A stretch of DNA of 64,000 nucleotides from Dictyostelium discoideum (Eukaryota). Each line of letters begins with the position of its first letter. The stretch's first letter is position 1. Below are positions 63,232 through 64,000 of the stretch, in pieces. The position numbers were made by a program, and so were the translations under genes. The notes under the pieces were generated by a model. It was not told where the DNA came from. It saw nothing but the letters and a program-made list of their open reading frames with translations, and did not search any database. The DNA lies in assembly GCA_000004695.1 (NCBI GenBank), contig CM000151.3:8320001-8384000 (forward strand), given 5' to 3'.

Positions 63232-64000
63232 ATTCCAAATTGACTATGATTTGGATTATCAATTTTCAAAAAGAGTTGAATCATTAAAATTTATAGAATT
63301 ATCACATTTAGGTGTAAATAATAATAATAGTAATAATGGTAATAATAGTGGTGGTAGTAGTAATCAATTCAATAAAGAATTATGTCCAACATTATTAAAA
63401 ATAAATGTTTATCAAACACCAATTGATAAACAAAGATGTTTAGCGAGAACATTAGTAAAACTTTTAAAAATTAATGGAGGTGAAGAATTATTATTACCAA
63501 ATTTAGTTTATTTAATACTTTTATCAAACCCACCAAATATTTATTCAAATTATAAATTTTTGGAGAAATTTATTGATCATGAAACTCAAAATCCAATTTA
63601 TGAATATTCTTTCTTACTATTTTCAATGGCAATTCAATTTATTGAAAAGTTAGATCATAATCATCTTTCAATTGATCCATTATATTTTCAATCAAAATTA
63701 TTTGAATATAATCAAAAAAACAATAATAATAATAATAATTTAGCTGCTACAACAACAAATACAACTACAACAACTACAACTACAACAATAGTTAATAATA
63801 TTAATAATTTAGAAATTTCAAATAATAATTTATCAGTTCAATTTTCAAATTTATTAATTAATGAACCAGATTTAAATAATAGTAATAATAATAATGAACA
63901 ATTAAATAATTTTTTAACAGATAATGAAAATAGATTTAAATTATTTAAAGAGAATAATAGAATTCAAACAATGATTGAATTATGTAAAAGTCAAATTACA
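61890..64000 (+). CDS. VPS9-domain (Rab5-GEF-like) protein, 3'-partial. Exon 1 is 61890..63122. The VPS9-encoding exon starts somewhere in 63229..63297 and runs off the window.
   Basis: Exon 1 is a 411-codon ORF ending …FHQ with a GTAGGT donor overlapping the TAG. Downstream …EELLLPNLVYLILLSNPPNIYSNYKFLEKFIDHETQNPIYEYSFLLFSMAIQFIEKLD… matches the VPS9 core (GADdfLPvLIYVvLkanP..L.SN..yI..F…GE.gYyLT…aA..FI). The splice phase across the A-run of about 37 at 63191..63227 is not resolved. Confidence 0.5.

Overview
This window looks like nuclear DNA from an AT-rich social amoeba, most likely Dictyostelium discoideum. It is about 78% A+T, with long poly(A)/poly(T) tracts and N/Q/S/T-rich low-complexity coding sequence. 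Introns are short (70-200 bp) and begin GTAAGT or GTATGT. All domain calls below are from reading the translations by eye; no database search was possible. I infer about 26 protein-coding genes, most with one to three introns. They include a paracaspase, a COG1-like protein, a CLU-domain/TPR giant protein, an ADP-ribosylglycohydrolase, Rpb11, a bZIP factor, RNase H2A, a FUN14 protein, an AP endonuclease, a saposin-like protein, a Cut8/STS1-like Q-rich protein, a B-box protein, a FNIP-repeat protein, an acid-lipase-like protein, an MTD1-like methylene-THF dehydrogenase and a VPS9-domain protein. Two genes encode divergent P-loop NTPases. One of them reads like a prokaryote-type Arch_ATPase/DUF234 protein with a possible PD-(D/E)xK-like C-terminus, split by three introns. 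The clearest accessory locus is a tRNA-Ala(AGC) gene. A full-length TRE5-A-type non-LTR retrotransposon lies about 40 bp upstream of it, with intact ORF1, ORF2, 3' poly(A) and direct repeats at its 5' end. A 5'-truncated TRE3-like fragment with a 12-bp target-site duplication lies about 120 bp downstream, and older retroelement 3' ends and a tandem/inverted repeat array sit next to the TRE5 copy. A 100-N assembly gap (50654-50753) truncates two genes. Other points: two gene models without a usable in-frame ATG, an unresolved splice across a poly(A) run, an inverted copy of a gene's terminal coding sequence, G/C-rich promoter boxes, and three low-confidence ncRNA candidates.
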